NCBI GenBank assembly: GCA_903857865.1 | Contig: CAIOGO010000022.1 | Location: forward strand, 59,176 to 123,175 | Source: an uncultured bacterium | Lineage (GTDB): Bacteria > Bipolaricaulota > Bipolaricaulia > UBA7950 > UBA9294 | DNA length: 64,000 nt | Direction: 5' to 3' | Shown: positions 36,444 to 44,888 of the stretch, one piece after another | How the letters are laid out: each line of letters starts with the position of its first letter | How positions within the stretch are numbered: the first letter of the stretch is position 1 | The notes under the pieces: generated by a model | The model's input: the letters and a program-made list of their open reading frames with translations, nothing else | Told to the model about the DNA's origin: nothing | Database searches by the model: none | Translations under genes and position numbers: made by a program

Positions 36444-37517
36444 ATGGACATGAAATCGGAGTTGTACGAGCTGTGCCAGCGCGTGCCAGACCTGGCCGCG
36501 AAGGTCCGCACCGAGGAGGCTACGAAGCATGGTCTGGTCCTCCCGTTCATCAAAGCCCTCGGCTACAACGTCTTCGATCCCGCCGAGGTGGTCCCTGAGT
36601 TCATAGCCGACATCGGAGAGAAGAAGGGCGAGAAGGTGGATTACGCCATTCTTATGGATGGGAAGCCTATTCTTCTCTTCGAGTGCAAGACCTGCGGCGA
36701 GCAGCTTGAGCCTCAGCGAGCCATACAGCTTCAGCGCTACTTCCAAGGCGTAGCGAGCGTCAGGTTCGGAATTCTCACGGACGGGCTCGTTTATCGATTC
36801 TACTCCGACCTAGAACGCCCAAACGTCATGGACGCGAAACCGTTCCTTGAGATCAATCTCCAGAGCCTTACGGACGATGACGTTGAGCAACTCCGGAGAT
36901 TCTCGAAGCAGTCGTTCAACGTAGCTGACATCCTCGGAACCGCTGGTGCCCTCAAGTACACGCGCGAGATTCGGCAGCTACTGGAGACCGAGTTCGACAC
37001 GCCAAGTGACGACTTTCTCGAGTTCCTGACGCGGCGCGTCTATGGTGGGAACTTCACTAAGGCGGCTCTCGCGCGCTTCGTCCCCATCGTACAGAAGGCA
37101 CTTCGGGAGTTCGTGAACGGCCGAATCACACGCACCCTGGAAGCAGCTAGGGATCTTCAGGCGAGCGGACGCGCCGCGGAAGAGGCTGAGAGTGCGGGTA
37201 CAGGTGAGGAGTTGGTGACGACAAGCCACGAGTTGCAGGGCTACTACATTGTCAAAGCCATCCTGAGTCCCCACGTTGACCTCGGCCGGGTTGCGATCCG
37301 AGATGTCCAGAGCTACTGCGGTATCCTTCTTGACGACAGCAACCGCAAGCCTATCTGCCGACTGCACTCTAACGACCAGAACAAACTCCGGCTAGGCCTT
37401 TTCGATGCTGCGAAGCAGGAGGAACGTGTGCCGCTCCAACGCGTTGACGACATCTACAAGTACGCTGACCGCATTCGAGAGGTCGTGCGGAGCTACGATT
37501 CGCAGGAGAAGGTGTGA
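36444..37517 (+). CDS. HsdR-N / PD-(D/E)xK nuclease-fold domain protein (orphan)
   Basis: KVDYAILMDGKPILLFECK = D…ExK core as in the type I restriction R-subunit N-terminal domain; lower local GC. Confidence 0.5.
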   Translation: MDMKSELYELCQRVPDLAAKVRTEEATKHGLVLPFIKALGYNVFDPAEVVPEFIADIGEKKGEKVDYAILMDGKPILLFECKTCGEQLEPQRAIQLQRYFQGVASVRFGILTDGLVYRFYSDLERPNVMDAKPFLEINLQSLTDDDVEQLRRFSKQSFNVADILGTAGALKYTREIRQLLETEFDTPSDDFLEFLTRRVYGGNFTKAALARFVPIVQKALREFVNGRITRTLEAARDLQASGRAAEEAESAGTGEELVTTSHELQGYYIVKAILSPHVDLGRVAIRDVQSYCGILLDDSNRKPICRLHSNDQNKLRLGLFDAAKQEERVPLQRVDDIYKYADRIREVVRSYDSQEKV

Positions 37518-37659
37518 GGGGAGGCGTGCGAAAGACGCGACAGTCCTCCAAGCTACGAGCTGCATGCCACAGGCTGCCGCTTGTCTTTTCGAGTCGGGCG
37601 GCAGCTAGGGTCGAAGCTCCCTGCGGTCACTTCGACAGGCCGCCCCAGGAGGTAAGGCA

Positions 37660-38529
37660 ATGAAACTCATCGATCTGACGATCCCTCTCTCGATCGCCAC
37701 GCCGCCGTGGCCGACCTACGAGCCCCTGCAGGTGAAGTACTTCAAGCGGCTCGCGCCCAATGGCGCGAACGGGCAACTCGTCACGCACTCGAACCACGTC
37801 GGCACGCACCTCGACGGCGAGATCCACTTCTACACCCCGGGCAAGGACATTGCCCAGCTCAGCCTTGACTTCCTCGTTCACGAGGGCGTCATCGTCGACC
37901 TCTCCGACGCCGTCGGCGACTACGACATCTACACGTCCGCGATGATCGAGGAACGTGTCGAGGTGAAGGAAGGCGACATCCTCATCCTCCACACCGGCTA
38001 CCACCACTACGGCTGGGACCAGCCGACGGCTGACGAAGTGCGGTACATGGTCAAGCACCCCGGACCCGACCGCGAGTTTGCGCTGTGGTGCCGCGAGAAG
38101 AAGATTCGCTGGATCGGCGTCGACTGCGGCTCGGCCGACCACCCGATGAACACCATCATCCGTGACTGGATGCCGCGCCAAGCGAAGGAAGCCGACGCTC
38201 ACTTCCGCGCCAAGTACGGCCAGCCGCTGGCCGAGCGGTTCGACCCCGGCAAGTACCAGCTCATGCACATCGAGCTCTTCTGCCACGGCATCATTCACGC
38301 CGAGTGCCTCGGCGGCGACATCGACCTGCTCCTCAATCAGCGCGCTGTCATCGGCTGCTTCCCGTGGCGTTTCGTCGACGGCGAAAGCTCGATCGCGCGC
38401 ATCGTCGCCATGGTCGATGACGACCGCCACGCCGAGCTGATGCAGATCAAGTCCGAGTGCGTCTTGACCAAGCACGGCGACGTCGCCGGAGCGAAGAATC
38501 CACAGTTGCATGAGGTCGGGCGAACGTAG
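37660..38529 (+). CDS. cyclase family protein (kynurenine-formamidase-like metal hydrolase)
   Basis: HVGTHLDGEIHF motif. Confidence 0.75.
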   Translation: MKLIDLTIPLSIATPPWPTYEPLQVKYFKRLAPNGANGQLVTHSNHVGTHLDGEIHFYTPGKDIAQLSLDFLVHEGVIVDLSDAVGDYDIYTSAMIEERVEVKEGDILILHTGYHHYGWDQPTADEVRYMVKHPGPDREFALWCREKKIRWIGVDCGSADHPMNTIIRDWMPRQAKEADAHFRAKYGQPLAERFDPGKYQLMHIELFCHGIIHAECLGGDIDLLLNQRAVIGCFPWRFVDGESSIARIVAMVDDDRHAELMQIKSECVLTKHGDVAGAKNPQLHEVGRT

Positions 38530-38545
38530 GCGTTGCCTACGTTCG
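38521..38545 (+). terminator. terminator-like perfect hairpin overlapping the cyclase stop codon
   Basis: cgaacgtagg-cgttg-cctacgttcg (10-bp stem). Confidence 0.35.
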
Positions 38546-38547
38546 CC

Positions 38548-38749
38548 TAGGGCAGAAGCTGGTCTTCGGTTGCTTCTGCTGGACGCACGTAGCCAGAGCC
38601 TCTAGCGGAAGCATCACAGCTCATTGCTTCCGCCCCAGGTGAAGGCCAGTCTCGTTCGGGCCTTCACCCGTGTGGCTAGGGGTCGAAGGCTGCTCGACGG
38701 CGCGCGGGGCGAGGAGCTAGGGCGGAAGCCGATGAGTGGCTGCTTCCGC
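38548..38749. repeat. array of REP-like hairpins of the form CTAG(G)GC(R)GAAGC-N12-GCTTC(Y)GC
   Basis: Hairpins at 38548-38580, 38602-38633, 38718-38749 (and gtgaaggcc…ggccttcac at 38639-38667); a near-identical copy at 42288-42319. Confidence 0.6.
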
Positions 38750-38923
38750 GCTCAGCGGGAGTCGAGGTGATGCACATCACAGTCGCGGACAGATCTCCAG
38801 GACGTGACGTGCATCACGTCCGCGCCGCTTCTGCTCAGCGTGATGCGCATCACGCAATGGATGTCGCCACGGTGGGGGGCAGATGCTGTATCGGATGCCA
38901 AGAGTAAAGATTTGACCCCGGCG
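38718..38923. repeat. copy A of a ~180-bp direct repeat (REP-like hairpin + GATGCRCATCAC palindromic motifs + conserved 3' block ggatgccaagagtaaagatYtgaccccggcg)
   Basis: Conserved blocks align with 42288-42449. Confidence 0.55.
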
Positions 38924-38962
38924 CCCTTTGCGGAGAGGAGGGGAACAAGATATCCTTCAGGT

Positions 38963-40570
38963 ATGCCTGATGGCGAGAATGGTGATCTGTCTCGTGTAAC
39001 TCGGGTGTCCCTTCGCAACAAGCATAGCGCACCGAGTGAGAGAGAGGCCTCGGCGCGGAGGAAGTTCTACGTGCCGTCAAGGTACAACCACTTTCTCCGT
39101 GACGGGGACCGCTGGCTCGGTGCCAACCTGCTGTCCGGGGCTGTGATGAACCTGCGGGACGATGACTGCGCGCTCGTTCATCGCCTCTTGGCAATGAAGG
39201 TCAGACCACGCCAGCTCCCTGAGCGGGTGCTCTATGACATGCTCGTCAAGTCTCGTTTTCTCGTTCCGGCGGACTCTGATGAGACTGCGTACTTGAAACA
39301 GCTGTTTGCGGTTGGAAAGCAGTGCCGGGTAGGGTTCTCGCTGGGTCTTGTCGTCACGTTGGCGTGCAACTTCAGGTGCGTCTACTGCTATCAGGACCAT
39401 CGTCGCGCGATCATGGGTACCGACGTGCAGGACGCTGTCATGGCTCTGCTCAGGAAAGCGCTGCCGGGGAAGGAACACTTCACGGCATCGTGGTTCGGCG
39501 GTGAGCCACTGTTGAAGCCCAGGGTGATCACCGACCTCGGGCGACGGATGATTCAGTTGTGTGACTCTCTGGGTGTGAACTACGACTGCGTGTTAACGAC
39601 AAACGGCTATTTGCTCACACGAGCCAACATCGCGATGCTGGCAGCCGGCCGAGTCAGCCACATTCAGATCACCTTGGACGGACCGCGCGAGTTGCACGAC
39701 GTCACTCGACATCTCCAGGACGGGTCGGGCACCTATGAGGTCATCATGGCGAACCTCGGGAATCTGGTGAGGACTCTGCCTGAGGTGCCGATAACCATTC
39801 GCTGTAACATAACTGCCAGCTCCATGGCCGCCGGCGAGCACGCATGGAGCAGGCTTCTGTCGGACTTGGAGCCGTACAGGCGGTCGGTCTCGCTCACCAT
39901 TTGCCCGGCAATTCCGAGCAGGACGTCAAACGCGCACTGCATATCGAAGAGCCAGTTCGGGGATTTCTATGGCCACGTATCGACGATGATGGAGGAGAGA
40001 GGCTTCAGAGTAGCTTCGGATGGGCCCTCCCCAGGCGCCGTCTCCTGCGGCGCCATCCCGAGGCTGAACTGGCTCATAGGCCCTACCGGGCATGTCTCCA
40101 AGTGCACGGTGGGAGCGGACGAAACGGACGGCTATCTCGGGCGACTTGGGCCGGACGGCACGATCGACCTCTCAGCCGAGGCAGCGAGATGGCTGAATTT
40201 CTCACCGTTTCGTCTCAAGAAGTGTCGTGAATGCAGTGTTCTTCCCCTCTGCATGGGAGGCTGTGTGATTGTTCCATTTGACGATCCGCACGTAGACAGA
40301 TGTGACATCAAGACTAACGTGCTGATGTATGTGAAGAGCAACCTACCCAGAAAGGAGGTGATTGATATGACCGTACCGCAGTTCAACCTTGAGCGCGTGG
40401 AGAAAGCTCTCGAACAAAGCGCGACGGAGTACTACACGAGCCTGTTTGTTCAAGCGGGCATCCCTAAGGATGTTGCCTCGAAGGCAGCAATGGTGTGCGC
40501 CACTAACAAGTGCAAGGGGCCTGGCTTCCAGCCTGGTGGCCAGGCTCTACAGGCGCTCGTAACGACCTGA
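38963..40570 (+). CDS. radical SAM / SPASM-domain protein (anSME-like peptide-modifying maturase)
   Basis: CNFRCVYCYQ (CX3CX2C) and C-terminal SPASM cysteines (CRECSVLPLCMGGC); start uncertain (ATG 38963; the track ORF from 38804 runs through the repeat). Confidence 0.65.
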   Translation: MPDGENGDLSRVTRVSLRNKHSAPSEREASARRKFYVPSRYNHFLRDGDRWLGANLLSGAVMNLRDDDCALVHRLLAMKVRPRQLPERVLYDMLVKSRFLVPADSDETAYLKQLFAVGKQCRVGFSLGLVVTLACNFRCVYCYQDHRRAIMGTDVQDAVMALLRKALPGKEHFTASWFGGEPLLKPRVITDLGRRMIQLCDSLGVNYDCVLTTNGYLLTRANIAMLAAGRVSHIQITLDGPRELHDVTRHLQDGSGTYEVIMANLGNLVRTLPEVPITIRCNITASSMAAGEHAWSRLLSDLEPYRRSVSLTICPAIPSRTSNAHCISKSQFGDFYGHVSTMMEERGFRVASDGPSPGAVSCGAIPRLNWLIGPTGHVSKCTVGADETDGYLGRLGPDGTIDLSAEAARWLNFSPFRLKKCRECSVLPLCMGGCVIVPFDDPHVDRCDIKTNVLMYVKSNLPRKEVIDMTVPQFNLERVEKALEQSATEYYTSLFVQAGIPKDVASKAAMVCATNKCKGPGFQPGGQALQALVTT

Positions 40571-40680
40571 ACCTGATAGCACAGACCGGAACTCCGCGCA
40601 GGAGGGGGAACCGGAGATGATGGCCGGTAATTCTGCCTTCCGGTTCCTCCTTGGTCTTCAACGTCGCAGCAGGATAGGTA

Positions 40681-40709
40681 GCAGCCCGACTTGACGCAAG
40701 TCGGGCTGC
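40681..40709 (+). terminator. terminator-like hairpin downstream of the radical SAM gene
   Basis: gcagcccgactt-gacgca-agtcgggctgc. Confidence 0.35.
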
Positions 40710-40799
40710 TGGGTGACGCAGCGAGAGGGGGCTACCATTGGGCGTTGGGCGATGGGGTCAGGTCTTGTAATCGCGTACTGTCTGTGCTAGGCTGGCGTC

Positions 40800-41660
40800 A
40801 TGGCTCGCCCCCTCCGGATTGAGTACCCCGGCGCTGTCTACCATGTGACCTGTCGCGGCAACGCACGGGAGAAGGTCTTCCTTGTCGATCCCGATCGAGA
40901 GCTCTTCCTTGAAGTGTTCGCGGAAGTTGTAGAGCGCTTTAGCTGGCGCTGCCATGCGTACTGTCAGATGACGAACCACTACCACCTGCTGATCGAGACG
41001 ATTGAGCCCACCCTGTCGCATGGCATGCGACAACTGAACGGTGTCTACACCCAGGAGTTCAACCGCCGGCATCGTCGCACGGGACATGTCTTCCAGGGAC
41101 GTTTCAAAGCCATTCTCGTCGAGCGCGACGCCTATCTCCTCGAGCTTGGACGCTATGTTGTCCTGAATCCCGTTCGCGCCAAGATGGTGCGGAGGGCGCA
41201 AGACTGGCCGTGGTCAAGCTTCCGTGCGACGGCCGGCCTTGAGGACGTGCCCTTCTTCCTCGCCACAGACTGGATTCTCGAGCAGTTCGCGACATCGAAG
41301 GCGAAAGCGCAGAAGGCATACCGCAAGTTCGTCTCGGAAGGCCGTGGCGTCCCGGTGTGGGAGCACCTCCGCGGGCAGATCTACCTCGGCAGCGACACGT
41401 TCATCGAGGAACACGCGCCGGAACTGCCTCCAGTTCGCGAGATTCCGAAGACCCAGGTCCAGGTCCGTCGGCCGCCGCTCTCGGCCATTGTTGCCGACCC
41501 GAAAGACGCCGCGAGCATTGCACGCGCATACATCGAGCACCACTACGCCCAGCACGAGATCGCCAGCCACCTCGGCGTTCACTACTCGACGATCAGTCGA
41601 CGACTCCGAGCCTCCTGCGTGCCGCGGACTCGCAACATGGTACGCGATTACAAGACCTGA
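40800..41660 (+). CDS. REP-associated tyrosine transposase (RAYT) / IS200-like Y1 transposase with C-terminal HTH
   Basis: YHVTCRGN…HAYCQMTNHYHLLIE HuH motif and catalytic Tyr region; C-terminal HTH (…HLGVHYSTISRRL). Confidence 0.75.
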   Translation: MARPLRIEYPGAVYHVTCRGNAREKVFLVDPDRELFLEVFAEVVERFSWRCHAYCQMTNHYHLLIETIEPTLSHGMRQLNGVYTQEFNRRHRRTGHVFQGRFKAILVERDAYLLELGRYVVLNPVRAKMVRRAQDWPWSSFRATAGLEDVPFFLATDWILEQFATSKAKAQKAYRKFVSEGRGVPVWEHLRGQIYLGSDTFIEEHAPELPPVREIPKTQVQVRRPPLSAIVADPKDAASIARAYIEHHYAQHEIASHLGVHYSTISRRLRASCVPRTRNMVRDYKT

Positions 41661-41912
41661 CCCCGCACGCACTATGCGGACTACCTGCGGGACGGGATCT
41701 ACGAGCTGCGGGTGCGAGTCTCGACGACCCGCTACAGGGTTCTGTACTTCTTCTGCGACAGGACGGACATCGTGCTTGCTCACGCGATTGTGAAGGAGTC
41801 GGCGCGGGTTCCTAGGGCTGAGATCGACCGAGCTGTTCGCTGCATGGAAAACTGGATCGGGAGGAGACATGAGGACCCACAGGGAGTACCTCGCGAGCGA
41901 GCTCAAGGATGA
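41661..41912 (+). pseudogene. 5'-truncated higB-like (Gp49/DUF891 family) toxin gene remnant, in frame directly after the RAYT stop
   Basis: …YLRDGIYELRVRVSTTRYRVLYFFCDRTDIVLAHAIVKESARVP… matches the C-terminal two-thirds of Gp49-like toxins; no N-terminal portion or start codon. Confidence 0.5.
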
Positions 41913-42189
41913 GGCGTTCGCACGCGAGTTCCGCCGCGAGAAAGCACAGCTGCGGATTGCCTACGACATCCAGACCACGCGGCAACGCCTTGGACTGACG
42001 CAGAAAGACCCTGCCGGGATGGCGGGCGTGACGCAGCAGATGGTGTCACGCATCGAAACAACGAGGACGCCCAACATGACTCACGGCTCGATATGCAAGA
42101 TCGCTGAAGTGCTCGGCATGGATGTGGGACTCGTCGCGCGCCGTCCAGCCCGCGTCGCCGCGAAGACGGGCAAGAAGGTGCGCGCCTGA
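41869..42189 (+). CDS. XRE-family HTH antitoxin (HigA-like)
   Basis: HTH QRLGLTQKDPAGMAGVTQQMVSRIE. Confidence 0.6.
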   Translation: MRTHREYLASELKDEAFAREFRREKAQLRIAYDIQTTRQRLGLTQKDPAGMAGVTQQMVSRIETTRTPNMTHGSICKIAEVLGMDVGLVARRPARVAAKTGKKVRA

Positions 42190-42287
42190 CGGCTGCGAAG
42201 GGGGCCGCCCTATCAGAGTATCCAATCCTCAGCCCAGACGATGGTGTTGGGGGTGAAGGGCTACTCGGCGTTGTGGCCCGGCCGTAG

Positions 42288-42449
42288 CTAGGGCGGAAGC
42301 CGACGAGTGGCTGCTTCCGTGTGCTCGATAGAGGACGGAGGTAATGCGTATCACGTTCGCTGAAGGTTACGTGCGTCACACGATGGACGGCGCCACGGTG
42401 AGTGGCAGATGGTGCATCGGATGCCAAGAGTAAAGATCTGACCCCGGCG
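42288..42449. repeat. copy B of the ~180-bp direct repeat (see 38718-38923)
   Basis: ctagggcggaagccgacgagtggctgcttccg … ggatgccaagagtaaagatctgaccccggcg. Confidence 0.55.
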
Positions 42450-42462
42450 TCCCGGCCGAGTC

Positions 42463-43191
42463 TCAGACGCTCAAGCCAAGATCGTCTTTGCACCAACTGG
42501 AGACGACAGCCGCCACTGCATGACGGTTGGCGAAGTCCACTGGCTTGTAGATCTTCCCGCCGATATCTGACGGCATCGACGGAGCCGTACGGTCTTTCAG
42601 GAGAGCGCACCTCCGGCCGGTCATGAGCATCGCACCGACCTCACTCAAGACGTTGTAGTTCAAACCACGGCCAAGTCTGTCCTCAAACAAGCCAATGCCA
42701 AATCTACACGCCCACATGTGCGCCGCAACGTTTCCATGGATGTCATCAACCAGCTGGCGATCCGATGCCAGGTGCAACTCAAGCCCCGACTCAGAGACAA
42801 CCCGACGAATGTGCGGGATGAGTTCTGCAAGAACGTCGGCCTCCTCATCCTCACGAGCGGAGGGGAAACGCGTCATGAGGAGGACATTGGTCTCAAATGC
42901 GTGTTCGGCCAAGAAACGTTGGATTGCCCCCGCCCATACGCCCGGGCAGAGCTCCGGCGGCACAACCGAGTGCAGAGCGTTCCCGAAGAAGCTTCCGCTG
43001 TACTCCTGAGTGGTGACCGCCGGTTTCTTCCAGTCCGTTCTGCCCAGCCCAGCAGCAACTGCTGCCCTACCCGAGGGTGAGACTGCATATGCCTTGTCCT
43101 TCTTGACCAAGTACTTAGCCACCACCAGCCGACCGAGAGATGCGTGGAGATTCCCCGGCTTCGGTAGTCTAAGGGCAGCGTACAGTTCCAC
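42463..43191 (-). CDS. hypothetical protein; N-terminal wHTH-like segment and a C-terminal Rossmann-like region ending in a TIR-like SSWCKDDL motif (speculative)
   Basis: 242-aa ORF in the lower-GC island; motif read directly from the sequence. Confidence 0.4.
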   Translation of the reverse strand: MELYAALRLPKPGNLHASLGRLVVAKYLVKKDKAYAVSPSGRAAVAAGLGRTDWKKPAVTTQEYSGSFFGNALHSVVPPELCPGVWAGAIQRFLAEHAFETNVLLMTRFPSAREDEEADVLAELIPHIRRVVSESGLELHLASDRQLVDDIHGNVAAHMWACRFGIGLFEDRLGRGLNYNVLSEVGAMLMTGRRCALLKDRTAPSMPSDIGGKIYKPVDFANRHAVAAVVSSWCKDDLGLSV

Positions 43192-43307
43192 GACATCCTG
43201 AGGTGAGATCCAGCCCGCCGGTGATCGCTGTCCCGCAATGCTGCATAAGGCCAGAACCTGGTCGCTAGGACGGAGAAGTTGCAGCGCAAGAGCGCTCTGC
43301 TCGTTGC

Positions 43308-43895
43308 TCAGCTTGCACCTCCACTGGCCAGTCCGTCAACAAGCGTTCTCAACCTTTCTTCACCGACCTTGTTGAGCCTTACCTGTCGCTTCTGACCCAC
43401 TCCCCTTGAGCTGAACACGTCCTGCATCGTCTTCAGTGCCGACGCGAAGTTGGCTTGATCGTACTTCCCGTAGTGCTCGCACACTTCCCGGATACTAGCA
43501 GAGCTGGTCCACTCCTCGATTCCGCCAACCTGTCTGCCCCCAGCAACGAGAAGAGCGATCTGCTTTGCCGCAGGGGACTTCCCCGCATCGAGCTTTCCGA
43601 CCGGCACCACTGGCATCAACCCGCTGTCGTCGAACGCGTACACCTCCTTCACCCGGTCCAGCCCGACGTTCAACTTCTGCGCAATGCGCTGCAAAGGCTG
43701 GTCCGAGCCCGTATCGGGCGTGCCGCTCCTGCCCCCGGTTGGCCCCTTGGCATCCGCAGGGGCCTCCACTCCGCTGCCACCGCGCAGGAAGAAGTCGATA
43801 GCTCTCTCAAACGCGACTGCCTGAAGCGCATCGGGTAGTTCGGCCTCACGGACTGCACTCCACGACTCCTTTAGTACGTCCCTCATGTTCGTCAT
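43308..43895 (-). CDS. hypothetical protein (upstream partner of 42463-43191)
   Basis: Start MTNMRDVLKESW at 43895 with a GGAGGG RBS; ~195 aa; no recognisable domain. Confidence 0.4.
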   Translation of the reverse strand: MTNMRDVLKESWSAVREAELPDALQAVAFERAIDFFLRGGSGVEAPADAKGPTGGRSGTPDTGSDQPLQRIAQKLNVGLDRVKEVYAFDDSGLMPVVPVGKLDAGKSPAAKQIALLVAGGRQVGGIEEWTSSASIREVCEHYGKYDQANFASALKTMQDVFSSRGVGQKRQVRLNKVGEERLRTLVDGLASGGAS

Positions 43896-44573
43896 CCTAC
43901 CCTCCATCTGCAGCTCTGCAATTGATGTCGACAATCGACACCACATGATCTTGACGAAGTATACCCCGCGCGTCACCTCACGTCAAGGAGTTGGAAATAG
44001 CGGCCATATCTTGTCACGGAGCAATCGATTGGTGATAGTTCCACTTCCATTGCACAGTGGCATATGCTGCAGGGATCGGACGTTGCGCATCGGCCATGGC
44101 ATGTCTAGACGATGTGCACCAGTGTCACTGTCCATTGCATGGCATGAGGCGGCCATCCATTTCTCTCAGTTGGCGGCAGCGCCACAAGACGCAGAGGCTG
44201 GCTAATGCTTACTGTGACTGAAGTGTGCCGTAGAGATATGCATGCTGTTCTTCGGACACGACGGCGACACTATTCTGCATACCAATACGAAGCACACCAA
44301 CAGCCGTCTCGTCTCTGCCACTTCACCCGCACCTCGAGACAGCTGGGGCGGCGCAGCAGCCCGCGCCCAGCAGGTGGGGAGCAGCCTCATCGGTCCCTCC
44401 GCGGGAGCACGTCACCTCAGTTGGATTCGGAGTCGCCCGCTACGTCACAGCATGCGCTGAACTGAAGTTGTGTCGAGCTGCGGAGTCTGCGGCTTGACGA
44501 TTCCCAAAGGCGTTGCCAGAATCGGTCTTGTATCCACGACATACACGTTGTGTCACGCGCCCCGAGGAGCGAA

Positions 44574-44888
44574 ATGGAACCCGAGAAGCAGAAGCGGTTC
44601 TACGGTGCGGTGACGGTGAGCGAGCGCGGGCAGATTGTGGTGCCCGCCGCGGCCGGTCGGGACTTCAACATCCAGCTGGACGACAAGCTTCTAGTGTTCG
44701 GCGATCTGGACCAGGGAGTAGCCCTCGCGCCGTTCGGCATTTTGCGGAAGACGATGCAGGGGGCAATGGACTTCCTGCACGAGGCAGGTCCGGCAGTGTC
44801 GGCTTGGGTGATCGGGCAGATCTTGTTTCTTGACATCACACGGGAGCGCGTGCAGCTCCTCGCGCCTCAAGCGTGTCCAGCCGTCTAG
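44574..44888 (+). CDS. AbrB/MazE/SpoVT-family DNA-binding domain protein
   Basis: VTVSERGQIVVPAAAGRDFNIQLDDKLLVF swapped-hairpin motif. Confidence 0.5.
   Translation: MEPEKQKRFYGAVTVSERGQIVVPAAAGRDFNIQLDDKLLVFGDLDQGVALAPFGILRKTMQGAMDFLHEAGPAVSAWVIGQILFLDITRERVQLLAPQACPAV

Noticed and set aside
38804-38962. Upstream 53 codons of the radical SAM ORF (MTCITSAPLLLSVMRITQWMS…)
   Set aside because: This stretch is encoded by the ~180-bp repeat that is also present at 42288-42449 (where it yields the spurious ORF 42402..42626), so it is most likely non-coding; start moved to 38963, with uncertainty.
40617-40694. Calling the 25-aa ORF downstream of the radical SAM gene as a CDS feature
   Set aside because: Good RBS, but no Cys or other hallmarks of SPASM-maturase substrates, and it overlaps a hairpin; kept only as a low-confidence finding.
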